A DNA stretch of 64,000 nucleotides from a virus. This document shows, in pieces, positions 48,082 to 59,508 of this stretch. Positions within the stretch are counted from its first letter, which is position 1. Every line of letters begins with the position of its first letter. The notes below the pieces were generated by a model. The model searched no databases. It was not told the DNA's origin and saw nothing but the letters and a program-made list of their open reading frames with translations. The position numbers and the translations under genes were made by a program. The stretch is taken from positions 253-64,252 of the IMG/VR virus record IMGVR_UViG_3300029825_000749; one strand, 5' to 3'.

Positions 48082-49328
48082 GTGAAGATGTGAACTTCCG
48101 AAAAAAGGAGTATAGTGAACTATTTTATGCTTACCTTAAAGATGCTTATCAGCAAGGTTTATTATCTGATGATTCACAATTCATAAATTATATTAGTAAT
48201 CGTGAGGATATTGAAAGTAATTATATAATGCAGGCAAGTGTACATAATAAGACACTTGAAAAAGCATACACGGATATGGGTTTAATTTATAATGCACTAA
48301 GTGTTAATACTGCTAAGGGGTCTGATTTAGATAATCTTGGTGAAAAGCTTGGGATTTATCGTAGACCAGCTACCCCTTATTTCATTGAGGTACTCTTTGA
48401 AGTTAAAAACCCATCAAATACTAATATCACAATACCAGCTGAAACCATTATAACAACACGTTCTGGTAATACTAGTAAAGCTTATTATACAGTTGAGGAT
48501 GCAGTTATACTTGCAGGAGAATATTACGTTTTAAGTTCAGCTTTAAGCCTAGAAACTAATATAAATGCAAAGGTAGGAATAGGTGAAATACAACACATTT
48601 CAAGTAATCTAAATATAGCAAATCCAATTACAGTAAGAAACACTACAGTGAGTTCTGGTGGTAAATCTGTTGAAGGTGATGAAGATTACAGGTCAAGAAT
48701 TTTAAATTGGACTTACACCCTTAAACGTGGCACTATAGATTCCTACCTAAATTACTTAGATAGTCTTCCTGGTTTAATTGCATATAATTTTATCCCTGAA
48801 TGGGATGGGGCAGGAACCATTAAAATCATAATAGACCCTGGAACCAATTATTTAATCAACAAGGTTTATAATGGTTTAATAAGTAATGTGTGTAATGCTG
48901 ATGAAGACTTAACAGTAGTAGCAGCACAAGAAAAACCTATAGATTTAAATCTAGGAGTGAATGTAAGTATAGATAATCCAACTACTTACACTACAAGTGA
49001 GAAATTAGAGATTAAAAATTTAATTGAAAATCTAATAAGGATTTACATTGATGGTGGAGATAGTTTAGAATTTAGTGAGGTAGGGGATGGGACTTATCAA
49101 TTAGAAACAGTAGACTATCCAGGATTAATGATAGGGGAGAATTTCATACCATCACAATGCACTACCTTCATCAACCAACAATTAGACTTACAAGGAAACA
49201 ACCTAGTTAAAAACTTAGAATTCACCATACCAAAATCTTATCTACCTAGTTCTGATACTGATTACTACGGAAATATCACCGGTGAGGAAGTTGCTACTAC
49301 TGGAAATATTACAATAACAATAACATAA
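48078..49328 (+). CDS. Baseplate J/gp47-family protein
   Basis: AKGSDLDNLG..LGIYRRPA, GGKSVEGDEDYRSRI, GAGTIKI. Confidence 0.92.
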   Translation: MSEDVNFRKKEYSELFYAYLKDAYQQGLLSDDSQFINYISNREDIESNYIMQASVHNKTLEKAYTDMGLIYNALSVNTAKGSDLDNLGEKLGIYRRPATPYFIEVLFEVKNPSNTNITIPAETIITTRSGNTSKAYYTVEDAVILAGEYYVLSSALSLETNINAKVGIGEIQHISSNLNIANPITVRNTTVSSGGKSVEGDEDYRSRILNWTYTLKRGTIDSYLNYLDSLPGLIAYNFIPEWDGAGTIKIIIDPGTNYLINKVYNGLISNVCNADEDLTVVAAQEKPIDLNLGVNVSIDNPTTYTTSEKLEIKNLIENLIRIYIDGGDSLEFSEVGDGTYQLETVDYPGLMIGENFIPSQCTTFINQQLDLQGNNLVKNLEFTIPKSYLPSSDTDYYGNITGEEVATTGNITITIT

Positions 49329-49337
49329 GGGTGATTT

Positions 49338-52300
49338 ATGAGAATACCGCGAATAAATAAATTATTACATCAATACCCATCATTTTTGGATCGTTGTAAG
49401 ACTAGTAATCATTACCGTGTTAATAATGTGATGAATGATTCTTATAATCATTTAAGAATGGGTTTAAACAAGTTAGATTTAAGCAGAACACTCGATAGGC
49501 CAATACTTATTTGGAAAGAACAGAGTCAAAGCAAACATTACACCATCCACTTTCAGGTACATTTAAAGAATATTAAAGAAGTAAAGATTTACAAGTTAGA
49601 TCCATCCACTCAAGATTCTGTACTTTTATATAATGAAAGGTTCTCTGATGAGAGTGAAACTGAAATATTTACTTATGAAACTAGTGAATCTTCATCTTCT
49701 ATTATTCCTAAAACTGAGTATTTAATTAGTGTGGAGACTTGGGATGAATACAAATATGTTAAGGGTTTTCCTGAAAATGAGGAATGTACTGGTTTATGGC
49801 ATAATACCTACTTAGATCCAGATACAAGCCAGGAGGATTATAAGATTCATGTTGATTTGTACCCGGATGAAATAGATGGTATGGGTGATGTGAAAGTCTT
49901 CCAATTACATAATAAGGTTTGGGAGGAGCAAAGTCTTACTTGGCAAAAACAATACCTAAAATCCTACAGTATAAGTGAAATCAACACAATTCATAACAAG
50001 TTAACTAATATTTTAGAGTATGAGGAGCAATGGAAAGATATAGATTTAACCTTATTCAAGGAGAATCGTGAATATATTTCCAGTATTCTAGCTAGGGTTA
50101 GTCCTTTTTGGGAGGAAAACTTTATTACTTATTTGGATTCTAATCCTAATTACTTAAAAGTTTTATTACATAATAATCAGGACATTATAATTGAAAACCT
50201 AGAAAAGTATCAAGGAACCATAAAACAAGTATGGGTGGATGTAGGGGATAATGAGTATATTCCACTAGGCAGTGAAGTTAAATTAACCACCGTGGTTGAA
50301 AAGAGGGAGGAAACTTATACTTCAGGAGATGAATACTTCGACCGTGATGAGGGATACACCTGTGATTATCTACTTTATATCGAATCTAGTGATGATTACT
50401 TTATGACTACCTATTTTGGAGTTCAAGATGAATGTATGAGTGTTAGTTGTTTTAATCATGATCAAGTTTTAGATTTAATAGGTGGAAACTTAGATATTAG
50501 AAGATTACAACTAAACCCTGTATACCATACTGAATATCCTACTACTTATCCCTCTTTTTGTAATCGATTTGAGGAGGATGATTACCATTATCATAATAGG
50601 ATCCAGGAGTACATTTTAAGATTACCCTGCAACATTTATAGTAAGGATGATGTTGATGAAGGAGTACCACAGGAGATTGTGAAGAATATTATATGTAATC
50701 CGACTCGTAATTTAACTGAGTTGGAGATTTGGAAAAATCACTTAGTAACTCCAAAATTGTATAATCGTAAACGTTACATCCTTGAACAAGATCAGGATTA
50801 TATGTGGGAAAATAGTTGTGATGAGGTAAATGAGGAGCAAAGTATTCCAACTAGTTTAAGTTTCATTACAAGTCCAGATGCTACTATTTTAGATAGGAAA
50901 CTTGTTAAAGTCCATGTAACAAGCAGTGAAAACAGTAGTGAAACAAGTGAAATTGTAATTGATGATGTACTTGAAGGTAATGTGACTTTCACCCTTTACA
51001 CTGATAATACAAGGAAAACCGTAAAAGAAGCATGGACCACACCATTATTTGATGGTTATGCAAGTATAAACTTTATACCTGAATCTTTTAAAGAAATACC
51101 AATAAGTGCAGTATACTCAGGTAGTGATTTATACAGTAGTACTGAATTAGTAAATCAGGACCTAAAAGTTCATCAAAGAACACCCCAATTAACTGCTCCA
51201 ATAGTGATGGGAAATCAAGGAGACACAGATCCAGAATATAATTTAAATTCTGTAGATTTAAATGTGAATGTTAGTTATAAGAAAAAACCAGTAAATGTTG
51301 GGAAAATTGTTTTCTTATATGGGAATAATCAAAGTGTAGGAACTGCAGATGTGATAAATGGATTAGCTACATTTAAAGATTTCAAAATACCATCATCTTG
51401 GGGTGTTGGTGAGCATTATCTTAAAATTAAATACTTTGATGAAGAGGATGGAATCTATGCGGACCTTGATGATATTATTAAAGTTTTTATCCTTAAAGTT
51501 CCAGATCACTCAAGATTAGATAGTGTGTATTATTTTAATTCAGGGATTAGTTTAAGATTACTAAGTTCACCAGCAAATACTGAAGATTACACATCTTTAA
51601 GTGATAGTACTTTACATTTATACCAGAATGAAACTGAAATTGCACATAATAAAACAGATAATAATGGGTACTGTTTTTTTGAATCTAAGGGTACTGGTGA
51701 AGAGTTTGATTTTACAGGTGAAGATATTATTAGTGTATATTATCATGGTGATGATGAGCATAGAAAGATTAGAGAACAAATTTATCCAATAGCAACACAA
51801 TACACACCAATTACTAGTATTAATATGGTTTTCATAAACCCTAAAACAGTTTTCTTTAAGTTAAGTGATGGTGATGGTTACACTTTAAAAGGTAAGCCTT
51901 TAATGATTTATTGTAATGGTAAACCTTTATTAGATGATTATATTAGCCAGACTAATAATTGGATTCGATGGGACTTACCAAGTGACGTTAGTGATGAGGA
52001 TATTTATAGTATAAAATATAATGGAGATAAGTATTATGCTCCTTGTATTCGTACAGTACCTACTAGTAATATTAGTGATGGTTATAATCTCTTTTTACCA
52101 GATGTTCGTGGAATTGTAGGGGGTACTGCAAGTATTTATGCTAAACTCCGTAATAAGAATGGTTATCCTGTTACTGATAAGTATATTAATTTTTATGTGG
52201 ATGATTATAATTTTGCAGGTGCATGGACAGGTACAGATGGAATAAGTAACATTAATTATCCAGTAAACACCATCAATGCTGATGGGGATTTCATAACAGA

Positions 52301-55300
52301 TAATGTATTCACAGAAGAGGGAAAATACACACTCAAAGCTGAGTTTATTGAAAATGAGGTTACAGTTACTAAAACGGCAAGTTTAACAGTAAGTAAAGGT
52401 ACTCCTACAAAGATAAAGTGTAGTGATACTGGGATTGAATCTGAAGATATTATAAGTGCACAATTATTGGATGTTTATGATAATCCAATACCTGATAAGG
52501 TGATAAGTGCTTTTGCTGAGAATGAATTTGTAGGGAAAGCAAGAACTGATGAGGAGGGTAAGGCTTTAATTCCTGTTGATTATGGTGTTAAGAATGTATC
52601 CTTTGATGAAGTGCATTTAGCCTTAAAATTTAAGGCAGATACAGTGTATGCTTCATCTTATTTGAATATTACTGATTTTAGGATAAGTAAAGCTCAAATG
52701 TGTATTCACACTACTCCTGAACCTAATAGTAATGTTAATTGTGGATTTCAAGTAGAAACCTATGTTTATGATTGCAAAACAGGTAAAGGAATAAATGATA
52801 TTCAAGTTGAATGGTACTTTGAGCGTGTAACTAATGGTGATAATCCTAGTCAATGGTTAAAACCACGTACTACAAGAGACAATTTGAAAGGTGAGAAAGG
52901 TTATGCAAGGATGCCAATCTTTTATGCAGTTGGAAAATACTTCCTGGGTGTTACTGTTACAGATCCAAAAGGTAGGTATGCAACAAGGAGTACTGTAATT
53001 AATCCTAATACAGGTAAAGAATGGTTAAAAGATGATGGTACACCAGGAAAATATTTATACTCAATTAATATTGTAGATAATCGTGAACCAACTAGTATAA
53101 AAATCAACAGTACCACTGTTGAATCAGGAGATAACCTTTTAGTTACTTTGGTTGATAGTGGTGGTAAGCCTTTAAGTGATAAGGAGATTCATTTCTATGA
53201 TCCAAATCATAAAGAGTTCCAAACTAGTACTACTGATGGTAATGGTCAAGCCATGGTAAGGTTTACTTGTATGACTCCTCGTGAGAATGTTACAATGTAT
53301 TATGGTTATGCTGCCTGTAAAAACATGAATAGTGATGATCCAATATGGGATAAAGTTTATGCTCCCTGTGAATCAAAAAGCCTAATTACCATTACACCAA
53401 GAAACTTAGAATTCAGAGATTTAAACATTAAAAGTGGTACAACAGTAGAAAACAATGAAATAGCATTATCTGGGAAAATCACAGATACTAAGGGGAATTG
53501 TACTATAAATTACACTGATTATGTTGTTACTTTGAAGTTTCAACAATATTTTAAAACTACTGGTGAGGTTTCTAAGGAGTGGGAGGAAATACCATTACAT
53601 TGTGAAAGTGATGGATCATTCATGATGAATTCCACAATAAGCCTACCAGATATTAACACAGTATACTACACCTACACTTTAAGCTTCCAGCATAAATATA
53701 ATTCTGCAGATCCTTGGTTCTTGGATAAAATCTCTGCTCCTGTTAAGTTCTTTATTACACGGGGTGAGGGTACAAATGGTGTTACTATTGATTTAGATAC
53801 TAATCCTAATTTAACAGTTGCTCAAGGTTCAAGTTTTGATTTAATCGCAACAATCAAAGGAGACCTATTAGAAACAGGACAATATGATATTCCTAAAGGT
53901 TATGTTAAATTCATAAACAAAAACAATGTAACTGTAGGACAAGCTGATGTGGATAATAGGACTGGTCAGGCATCTTGTAATATCTTTGCTGATGCTCCTA
54001 TTGGTGAAACATTAAACTTTTATGCACAATTTATTAGTACTGATTATCATTATCATGATTATTTGTCTACTGCTGAGTATAATCGGAAGTATACTTATAT
54101 TAAGGTTGTGGATAAGAAAGGTTTAGCTTTAACAAATTTAAGTGTTAATCAAGGAGATACTGTTCTTGTTGGTCAAACTAAACTTTCAGGAGTATTATAT
54201 AATAGTAATAATTATATGAGTGGATTAGAGGATAAAACCTTAACTAATCCGCAGAAAACAGATTATGGTGTAAATGATGTGAAACTAAGCATCACATTTA
54301 GTCGGTATGTTAAAGGTTTTAAGACTGGTACTACTCATGAATACATTGTAACAAGTCATAGTAGTGATGGTCAAGCTGGTTATTGGACTATGAGTACACC
54401 AATAACATTAGATCCTGGAAAAGATGGAGAGTATAAGTATACTTATACTATTAAATATTCGCATGAGAATAATTTAAATGATACTTATTATGCTGATATG
54501 GAAACTAATCCTGTATGGTTTTCAACTGCCCACGTGAGTGTTACTACTCCTATTGTGAATTTATATGCTTCACCTAACACAGTAAGTGAGGGTGATACTT
54601 ATACATTAACTGCACGTGTGGATTCAAGTATTACTGGTACGATTTATATTGAAAATCAGAATAAAGTAGTACTAGTAAATGATACAATAAAAAATGGTAT
54701 TGTATCAACAAGTGGAGTGGTTAGTTCTAGTCAAGTTAGTACTTTTGTTTTCACAGCTCACTTTATAAGTGATACTGGAGATTATAATGATGCAACCTCA
54801 AATCAAGTTACAGTAAATGTAGTAAAAGCAAGTACAACCCCAACATCAACTACAGTAAAAGTGAATAATTCTAATGGTACTTCTAATCAATTAGTTAAAG
54901 GAGATACTTATACCATTACAGCAAGTACCATAAGTGAGGATGGTGTTATTGGTACAGGTAAAGTTAGTATACGTTTAACAGGTGATGGTGTTGATAAGGT
55001 TGTTAGTAGTGGTACTTTAGTTGCAGGTTCTTTTACATCTGATAGTTTAACTTTTAGTGAAGAGGATGGTACTTATATTTTCTATGCTGATTTTACTAGT
55101 TCTAATGAAACTTATGCGGATAGTACTGGTCAAACCCCTCAAATTAAGGCTTCTTCAACAGCTAAAACTACAACAACAAGTTTAACTAGTATATCACCTT
55201 ATTCTGGTTCAGCTACTGGAAGTTTTAAAGTAGGAGTAAATGTTACTTCCTCATCAGGCACTCCAACTGGTAAAGTATTAATTTATATGGGTGGAGAGTA

Positions 55301-56933
55301 CATAAGTGAGGATACATTATCAAATGGTACTGTAACTGTAGAATGTAATTATTCTAATAAGAGTTCTGGTTCATATCTTATCACTGCTCATTATGAGGGT
55401 GATAGTACTTATGGTAATAGTGATAGTAGTAATTCTTATTCATTTGGAGTTACTGGTTCAGGTCAGGATGCTGGTTTATCAATTGCTGCTCCATCATTTT
55501 TAACTGTTGATGAGGAGGATAGTGCTTATGCAAGTGTTAAGACTGGTGCTTATGGTAATATTACAATTTATGTTGATGGTGTAGAACAAGTTACTCAAGG
55601 TTGTGGTGATGGTATACCAATAACAGCTGATTTAAAATTTACAAGTACTGGTACTCATACAGTATCAGCTAAATATGTATCCAATAATGATGAGTATGCT
55701 TCATCATCCTCGAATGTGTCCCGGACAATTACTGTTAAAAGTGCAAGTTCAACTAGTACTCCAAGTGTAAGCTTGTCTGGTGTTTCTAGTGCTTATACTG
55801 TTGGTGATAGTGGTACTTGGACTGCAAATGTAGTTAATCGTAGTGGTGGTACATTATATATTTATTGGAAAGGATCAAGTGTTGCTTCTACAAGTTCAAG
55901 TGATCAATTAACTTATGGTTTTTCAGCAAGTAGTGCTGGTACTTGGAGTGTTTATGCTAGATATACTTCATCAGCAGGTGTAAACTATGATAGTAGTACT
56001 TATACTGTTACAATTTCAAATCCAGCTTCTTCAAGTGTTGTTAGTTTACCTATTAGTGTTAGTAGTAATGCTTCAGGTTTGGTTGAGGGGTCTGCTGCTA
56101 GTTTTACTGTAACAGCTTATTCTTCTAATTCTGCTGCTAATGGTAAAACGATTTATTTAGAAGGTCCATATGCAAATAGTACAAGGACTATGAGTGGTGG
56201 TTCTTGTTCATGGTCTATTAGTGTACCTGCATCAGAGGTTAATAGTGGTAGTTTTACTTATACTGCTAGTGTTTATGGTTATGATAATTATACGGGTAGT
56301 GGTTCTACATCTGTAAGTGTTAGTTCTTTAGTTAATCCTAATCTTAGTTTAAGTGTTACAAGCCAAGCAGTATACATTGGACAAGCAGTAAGCTATACTG
56401 CAAGTGTTCCATCAGCGAGTGGTACTTTAACTATACTTCAAAACAATTACACAGCTAAATCAGGAACAGTTAATGGTGGAGGTAGTATAAGTACTGGTAC
56501 ATCAAGTGCAACTTCGGATTACTTAGGATCTAATAGTATAACAGCTACTTTCCACTATAATAATAATATTAAAGTATTTAATGCTGGACCTACTACAGTA
56601 AATGTACTTGCAAATGAATTAAAGACTTTTACTATTACCCCTTCAACTAGTACGGTTTATAATGGGACAAATTATAGTTTCAGTATAGAACTCAGACCTC
56701 AAAGTTGGTGTGAAGCAAAAGGAACAGTAAGTGTATACCTACAAAATAGTAGTAATGATTTAACTGGTGGTGGATGGGCTGCAAGTGGAACAGGTGGAGT
56801 GATGAGTACAAGCACATATACCGCAAGTGGAATGACACAGAATGGAACATTTACTTTCTATGCAGTATTTACACCATCTAATAGTAACTATAACGCTAAA
56901 ACTGCTACTTGTACAATTCAAGGTAAGGTATGA
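49338..56933 (+). CDS. Giant (2531 aa) baseplate wedge/fibre protein with tandem Ig-like domains
   Basis: N-terminal gpI-like LDLIG..LDIRR...EDDYHY.NRI; many Ig-like repeats (V.F......G.A....G.A......Y.G...Y..S). Confidence 0.8.
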   Translation: MRIPRINKLLHQYPSFLDRCKTSNHYRVNNVMNDSYNHLRMGLNKLDLSRTLDRPILIWKEQSQSKHYTIHFQVHLKNIKEVKIYKLDPSTQDSVLLYNERFSDESETEIFTYETSESSSSIIPKTEYLISVETWDEYKYVKGFPENEECTGLWHNTYLDPDTSQEDYKIHVDLYPDEIDGMGDVKVFQLHNKVWEEQSLTWQKQYLKSYSISEINTIHNKLTNILEYEEQWKDIDLTLFKENREYISSILARVSPFWEENFITYLDSNPNYLKVLLHNNQDIIIENLEKYQGTIKQVWVDVGDNEYIPLGSEVKLTTVVEKREETYTSGDEYFDRDEGYTCDYLLYIESSDDYFMTTYFGVQDECMSVSCFNHDQVLDLIGGNLDIRRLQLNPVYHTEYPTTYPSFCNRFEEDDYHYHNRIQEYILRLPCNIYSKDDVDEGVPQEIVKNIICNPTRNLTELEIWKNHLVTPKLYNRKRYILEQDQDYMWENSCDEVNEEQSIPTSLSFITSPDATILDRKLVKVHVTSSENSSETSEIVIDDVLEGNVTFTLYTDNTRKTVKEAWTTPLFDGYASINFIPESFKEIPISAVYSGSDLYSSTELVNQDLKVHQRTPQLTAPIVMGNQGDTDPEYNLNSVDLNVNVSYKKKPVNVGKIVFLYGNNQSVGTADVINGLATFKDFKIPSSWGVGEHYLKIKYFDEEDGIYADLDDIIKVFILKVPDHSRLDSVYYFNSGISLRLLSSPANTEDYTSLSDSTLHLYQNETEIAHNKTDNNGYCFFESKGTGEEFDFTGEDIISVYYHGDDEHRKIREQIYPIATQYTPITSINMVFINPKTVFFKLSDGDGYTLKGKPLMIYCNGKPLLDDYISQTNNWIRWDLPSDVSDEDIYSIKYNGDKYYAPCIRTVPTSNISDGYNLFLPDVRGIVGGTASIYAKLRNKNGYPVTDKYINFYVDDYNFAGAWTGTDGISNINYPVNTINADGDFITDNVFTEEGKYTLKAEFIENEVTVTKTASLTVSKGTPTKIKCSDTGIESEDIISAQLLDVYDNPIPDKVISAFAENEFVGKARTDEEGKALIPVDYGVKNVSFDEVHLALKFKADTVYASSYLNITDFRISKAQMCIHTTPEPNSNVNCGFQVETYVYDCKTGKGINDIQVEWYFERVTNGDNPSQWLKPRTTRDNLKGEKGYARMPIFYAVGKYFLGVTVTDPKGRYATRSTVINPNTGKEWLKDDGTPGKYLYSINIVDNREPTSIKINSTTVESGDNLLVTLVDSGGKPLSDKEIHFYDPNHKEFQTSTTDGNGQAMVRFTCMTPRENVTMYYGYAACKNMNSDDPIWDKVYAPCESKSLITITPRNLEFRDLNIKSGTTVENNEIALSGKITDTKGNCTINYTDYVVTLKFQQYFKTTGEVSKEWEEIPLHCESDGSFMMNSTISLPDINTVYYTYTLSFQHKYNSADPWFLDKISAPVKFFITRGEGTNGVTIDLDTNPNLTVAQGSSFDLIATIKGDLLETGQYDIPKGYVKFINKNNVTVGQADVDNRTGQASCNIFADAPIGETLNFYAQFISTDYHYHDYLSTAEYNRKYTYIKVVDKKGLALTNLSVNQGDTVLVGQTKLSGVLYNSNNYMSGLEDKTLTNPQKTDYGVNDVKLSITFSRYVKGFKTGTTHEYIVTSHSSDGQAGYWTMSTPITLDPGKDGEYKYTYTIKYSHENNLNDTYYADMETNPVWFSTAHVSVTTPIVNLYASPNTVSEGDTYTLTARVDSSITGTIYIENQNKVVLVNDTIKNGIVSTSGVVSSSQVSTFVFTAHFISDTGDYNDATSNQVTVNVVKASTTPTSTTVKVNNSNGTSNQLVKGDTYTITASTISEDGVIGTGKVSIRLTGDGVDKVVSSGTLVAGSFTSDSLTFSEEDGTYIFYADFTSSNETYADSTGQTPQIKASSTAKTTTTSLTSISPYSGSATGSFKVGVNVTSSSGTPTGKVLIYMGGEYISEDTLSNGTVTVECNYSNKSSGSYLITAHYEGDSTYGNSDSSNSYSFGVTGSGQDAGLSIAAPSFLTVDEEDSAYASVKTGAYGNITIYVDGVEQVTQGCGDGIPITADLKFTSTGTHTVSAKYVSNNDEYASSSSNVSRTITVKSASSTSTPSVSLSGVSSAYTVGDSGTWTANVVNRSGGTLYIYWKGSSVASTSSSDQLTYGFSASSAGTWSVYARYTSSAGVNYDSSTYTVTISNPASSSVVSLPISVSSNASGLVEGSAASFTVTAYSSNSAANGKTIYLEGPYANSTRTMSGGSCSWSISVPASEVNSGSFTYTASVYGYDNYTGSGSTSVSVSSLVNPNLSLSVTSQAVYIGQAVSYTASVPSASGTLTILQNNYTAKSGTVNGGGSISTGTSSATSDYLGSNSITATFHYNNNIKVFNAGPTTVNVLANELKTFTITPSTSTVYNGTNYSFSIELRPQSWCEAKGTVSVYLQNSSNDLTGGGWAASGTGGVMSTSTYTASGMTQNGTFTFYAVFTPSNSNYNAKTATCTIQGKV

Positions 56934-57934
56934 ACACAGAACATAAAATTGTAATTGGGAATTCTCAAAACCTTGAAGACATAAGAGATGAGAGTGTGGA
57001 TTTAGTAGTAACATCTCCACCTTATCCAATGGTTGAAATGTGGGATTCCCTCTTCATCAGTTTAAACCCATTAATCAAGGAGTATTTAGATGAAAATAAT
57101 GGGGGCAGAGTATACTATTTAATATGGGAGGAGTTAGATAAAGTTTACATGGAACTAGCTAGAGTGATTAAACCTGGAGGAATCATATGCATAAATATAG
57201 GAGATGCAACCAGAAAAATTGGGAGGGATTTTCAATCCTACCCTAATCATTCACACACTATAGAATTTTTCACCAAACAAGGCCTACAAGTCCTACCAGA
57301 GATTATTTGGAGGAAGAAATCTAATAAACCTAATAAATTCATGGGCTCAGGTATGCTACCACCAAATGCATACATTACCCAAGAACATGAATACATCCTA
57401 ATCTTCAGGAAACAAGGAAACAGACAATTCACCACAAAGGGGAAACCAAACAGGTATAGTAGTGCTTATTTCTTTGAGGAGAGGAATAAATGGTTTACAG
57501 ATTTATGGACTGACATTACTGGAACGCCTCAAAAAATGAATGGTGCATCAAGAAAACGTAACGGTGCATACCCTCTTGAAATACCATACAGGTTAATAAA
57601 TATGTTTAGTGTGAAAGGAGATACTATTCTTGATCCATTCCTGGGTACAGGTACCACTATGACAGCAGCTATATTACATCAGAGAAACAGTATTGGATAT
57701 GAAATCGACTCCAGTTTTAAAGAGGTAATACTTGAAAATATTAAAGAAAACTTAAAAAAAAATAATATAAACAATTATAGGTTGGAGAATCATTTAAAAA
57801 ATCAAAAAGATTGTAAATATGAATCACAAGTTTATGATTTTCAGGTGAAAACACGACAAGAAACTAAACTTAAGATTCCAGAAGTTAAAGACATTAAAAT
57901 TAGGGAAAATAATTTAATTACAAGATACAATTAA
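56930..57934 (+). CDS. Beta-class amino (N4-cytosine-type) DNA methyltransferase
   Basis: VVTSPPY catalytic motif precedes the DPFLGTGTT SAM-binding motif. Confidence 0.92.
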   Translation: MNTEHKIVIGNSQNLEDIRDESVDLVVTSPPYPMVEMWDSLFISLNPLIKEYLDENNGGRVYYLIWEELDKVYMELARVIKPGGIICINIGDATRKIGRDFQSYPNHSHTIEFFTKQGLQVLPEIIWRKKSNKPNKFMGSGMLPPNAYITQEHEYILIFRKQGNRQFTTKGKPNRYSSAYFFEERNKWFTDLWTDITGTPQKMNGASRKRNGAYPLEIPYRLINMFSVKGDTILDPFLGTGTTMTAAILHQRNSIGYEIDSSFKEVILENIKENLKKNNINNYRLENHLKNQKDCKYESQVYDFQVKTRQETKLKIPEVKDIKIRENNLITRYN

Positions 57935-57958
57935 AAGGAGAAAAATAGGATAAAGATT

Positions 57959-58510
57959 ATGACTGATAATAAAACAACAGCAACAATAGATGTAGGAACC
58001 GACAGTGAAACAAATAGTAACACAGCTACTATTACAATGAAGGATCATGATGGAAACCCATTAGATACAGTAGTTATGAGCACAGGTTCGACTAGTACTG
58101 ATATGAGTGAATTATTATATGACCCTGAAAGTGTTGGGGTGAATCATAGTAATACAATAACAGTGTCTCGTAAAGGTGATATGGTGATTTATAAAGCTAT
58201 TAACCTAGCTAATATTTCAGTGGGTAATCTTGCAGTTCAAGGTTCTACTAATGGTTGGCATAAAGTAACAGAAGTGCCAAGTGTTCCTAGTGAGTATCTT
58301 TCAGGACAAATTGAATGGTTCTACAAACACGCCGTCTTGCATGTTGAACCTGCAAGTAATACTAGTTATGCTTATCCTGTAAGTATGGCTATAGGGAGTG
58401 ATGGTAGTTTGAATTTAAGATTAGAGCGAAGTAAGGATTTAAGTAAAGCTACTTATACGGTTTCTGGTTTAAACTTCACATTAGTCTGGTTTGTAAACAC
58501 TAAAGGTTAA
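57959..58510 (+). CDS. Putative tail fibre tip or accessory protein
   Basis: ITVSRKGDMVI...IGSDGSLNL resembles fibre C-terminal domains. Confidence 0.5.
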   Translation: MTDNKTTATIDVGTDSETNSNTATITMKDHDGNPLDTVVMSTGSTSTDMSELLYDPESVGVNHSNTITVSRKGDMVIYKAINLANISVGNLAVQGSTNGWHKVTEVPSVPSEYLSGQIEWFYKHAVLHVEPASNTSYAYPVSMAIGSDGSLNLRLERSKDLSKATYTVSGLNFTLVWFVNTKG

Positions 58511-58512
58511 AC

Positions 58513-58767
58513 ATGGAAAATGAATGTAATACTTTGCCGGTTTGTAATCAGAAGTATCAGAAAACTAAATGGGAATGGAACAGTAATGTGTGTGATGTGT
58601 ACTTAGATTATGATAAAATACCATCAAATCTTAAAATCACTGTAAATGAGGATATTAGTGCCTTATTAGGGAGGACTTTACCTGCAAGTAAACATGGGTA
58701 TTTAAATTTAACTAAAACCATTCCGAAATATTATTTGAAACTTAAAGGAGATTATACTTTAGAATGA
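58513..58767 (+). CDS. Hypothetical protein
   Basis: ORF in operon. Confidence 0.5.
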   Translation: MENECNTLPVCNQKYQKTKWEWNSNVCDVYLDYDKIPSNLKITVNEDISALLGRTLPASKHGYLNLTKTIPKYYLKLKGDYTLE

Positions 58768-59492
58768 TAAAAGGAGAATACAATATAAAGGATAAGGATG
58801 GTGAAATTTTACTTCATCATTTTAACCTCATCACACGATCTGGTGAGGAGTACTTTCTTCGTCGATGGATAAGTCAAACAAGTGAAGTAATAAACAGTGT
58901 AGGTGTAAGTACAGGAACCAACACTCCTACATGGAATGATACTGGATTAAATATAGTATTTGAGAATGATGAAATAGTATATCCTAAATTTGTAACACCT
59001 TCAAAGAAAATAGATTTAACTAATAAAGAGGTAATCTTAGAAGCAACTTTTCCTGCAGAAACCATTAATAACACTACTGAGATTGGAGTTTATGCTTCAA
59101 ATGGAACACCCACTTATAATAAGACTACTGGAACATATAATAATGCTATCCTTATTAGTCATGATGTTTATTCTAAGATTACTGCTCCAAGTAATAGTGA
59201 ATTAACCTTAAATTACAGGTTTAGTATTGATAATTCAAGAGAGGTTAAATCATGGACAAATTACTACATTGAAACCAGTACTGGAATGATAAACACTAAT
59301 GTTTATTATATTAATTTAAGTGAAACAGTAATAAGTATTAAAGAGGATAATTTCACCACTTACACCTTAGTAGACAGTTTAGATGTTGTTATAAATCAGA
59401 TGGGAACCTATATTCAACAGGATGGGGAAGTTTACATTCACACTACAGATAGTAAAAGTCCTGATGAACATGAAATTAAGATAGAATACTAA
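58764..59492 (+). CDS. Tail-fibre/baseplate-attachment protein
   Basis: NLITRSGEEYF...GVSTG...TEIGVY pattern of fibre N-terminal attachment domains. Confidence 0.65.
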   Translation: MIKGEYNIKDKDGEILLHHFNLITRSGEEYFLRRWISQTSEVINSVGVSTGTNTPTWNDTGLNIVFENDEIVYPKFVTPSKKIDLTNKEVILEATFPAETINNTTEIGVYASNGTPTYNKTTGTYNNAILISHDVYSKITAPSNSELTLNYRFSIDNSREVKSWTNYYIETSTGMINTNVYYINLSETVISIKEDNFTTYTLVDSLDVVINQMGTYIQQDGEVYIHTTDSKSPDEHEIKIEY

Positions 59493-59508
59493 AGGAGAAT
59501 TTGAGATT

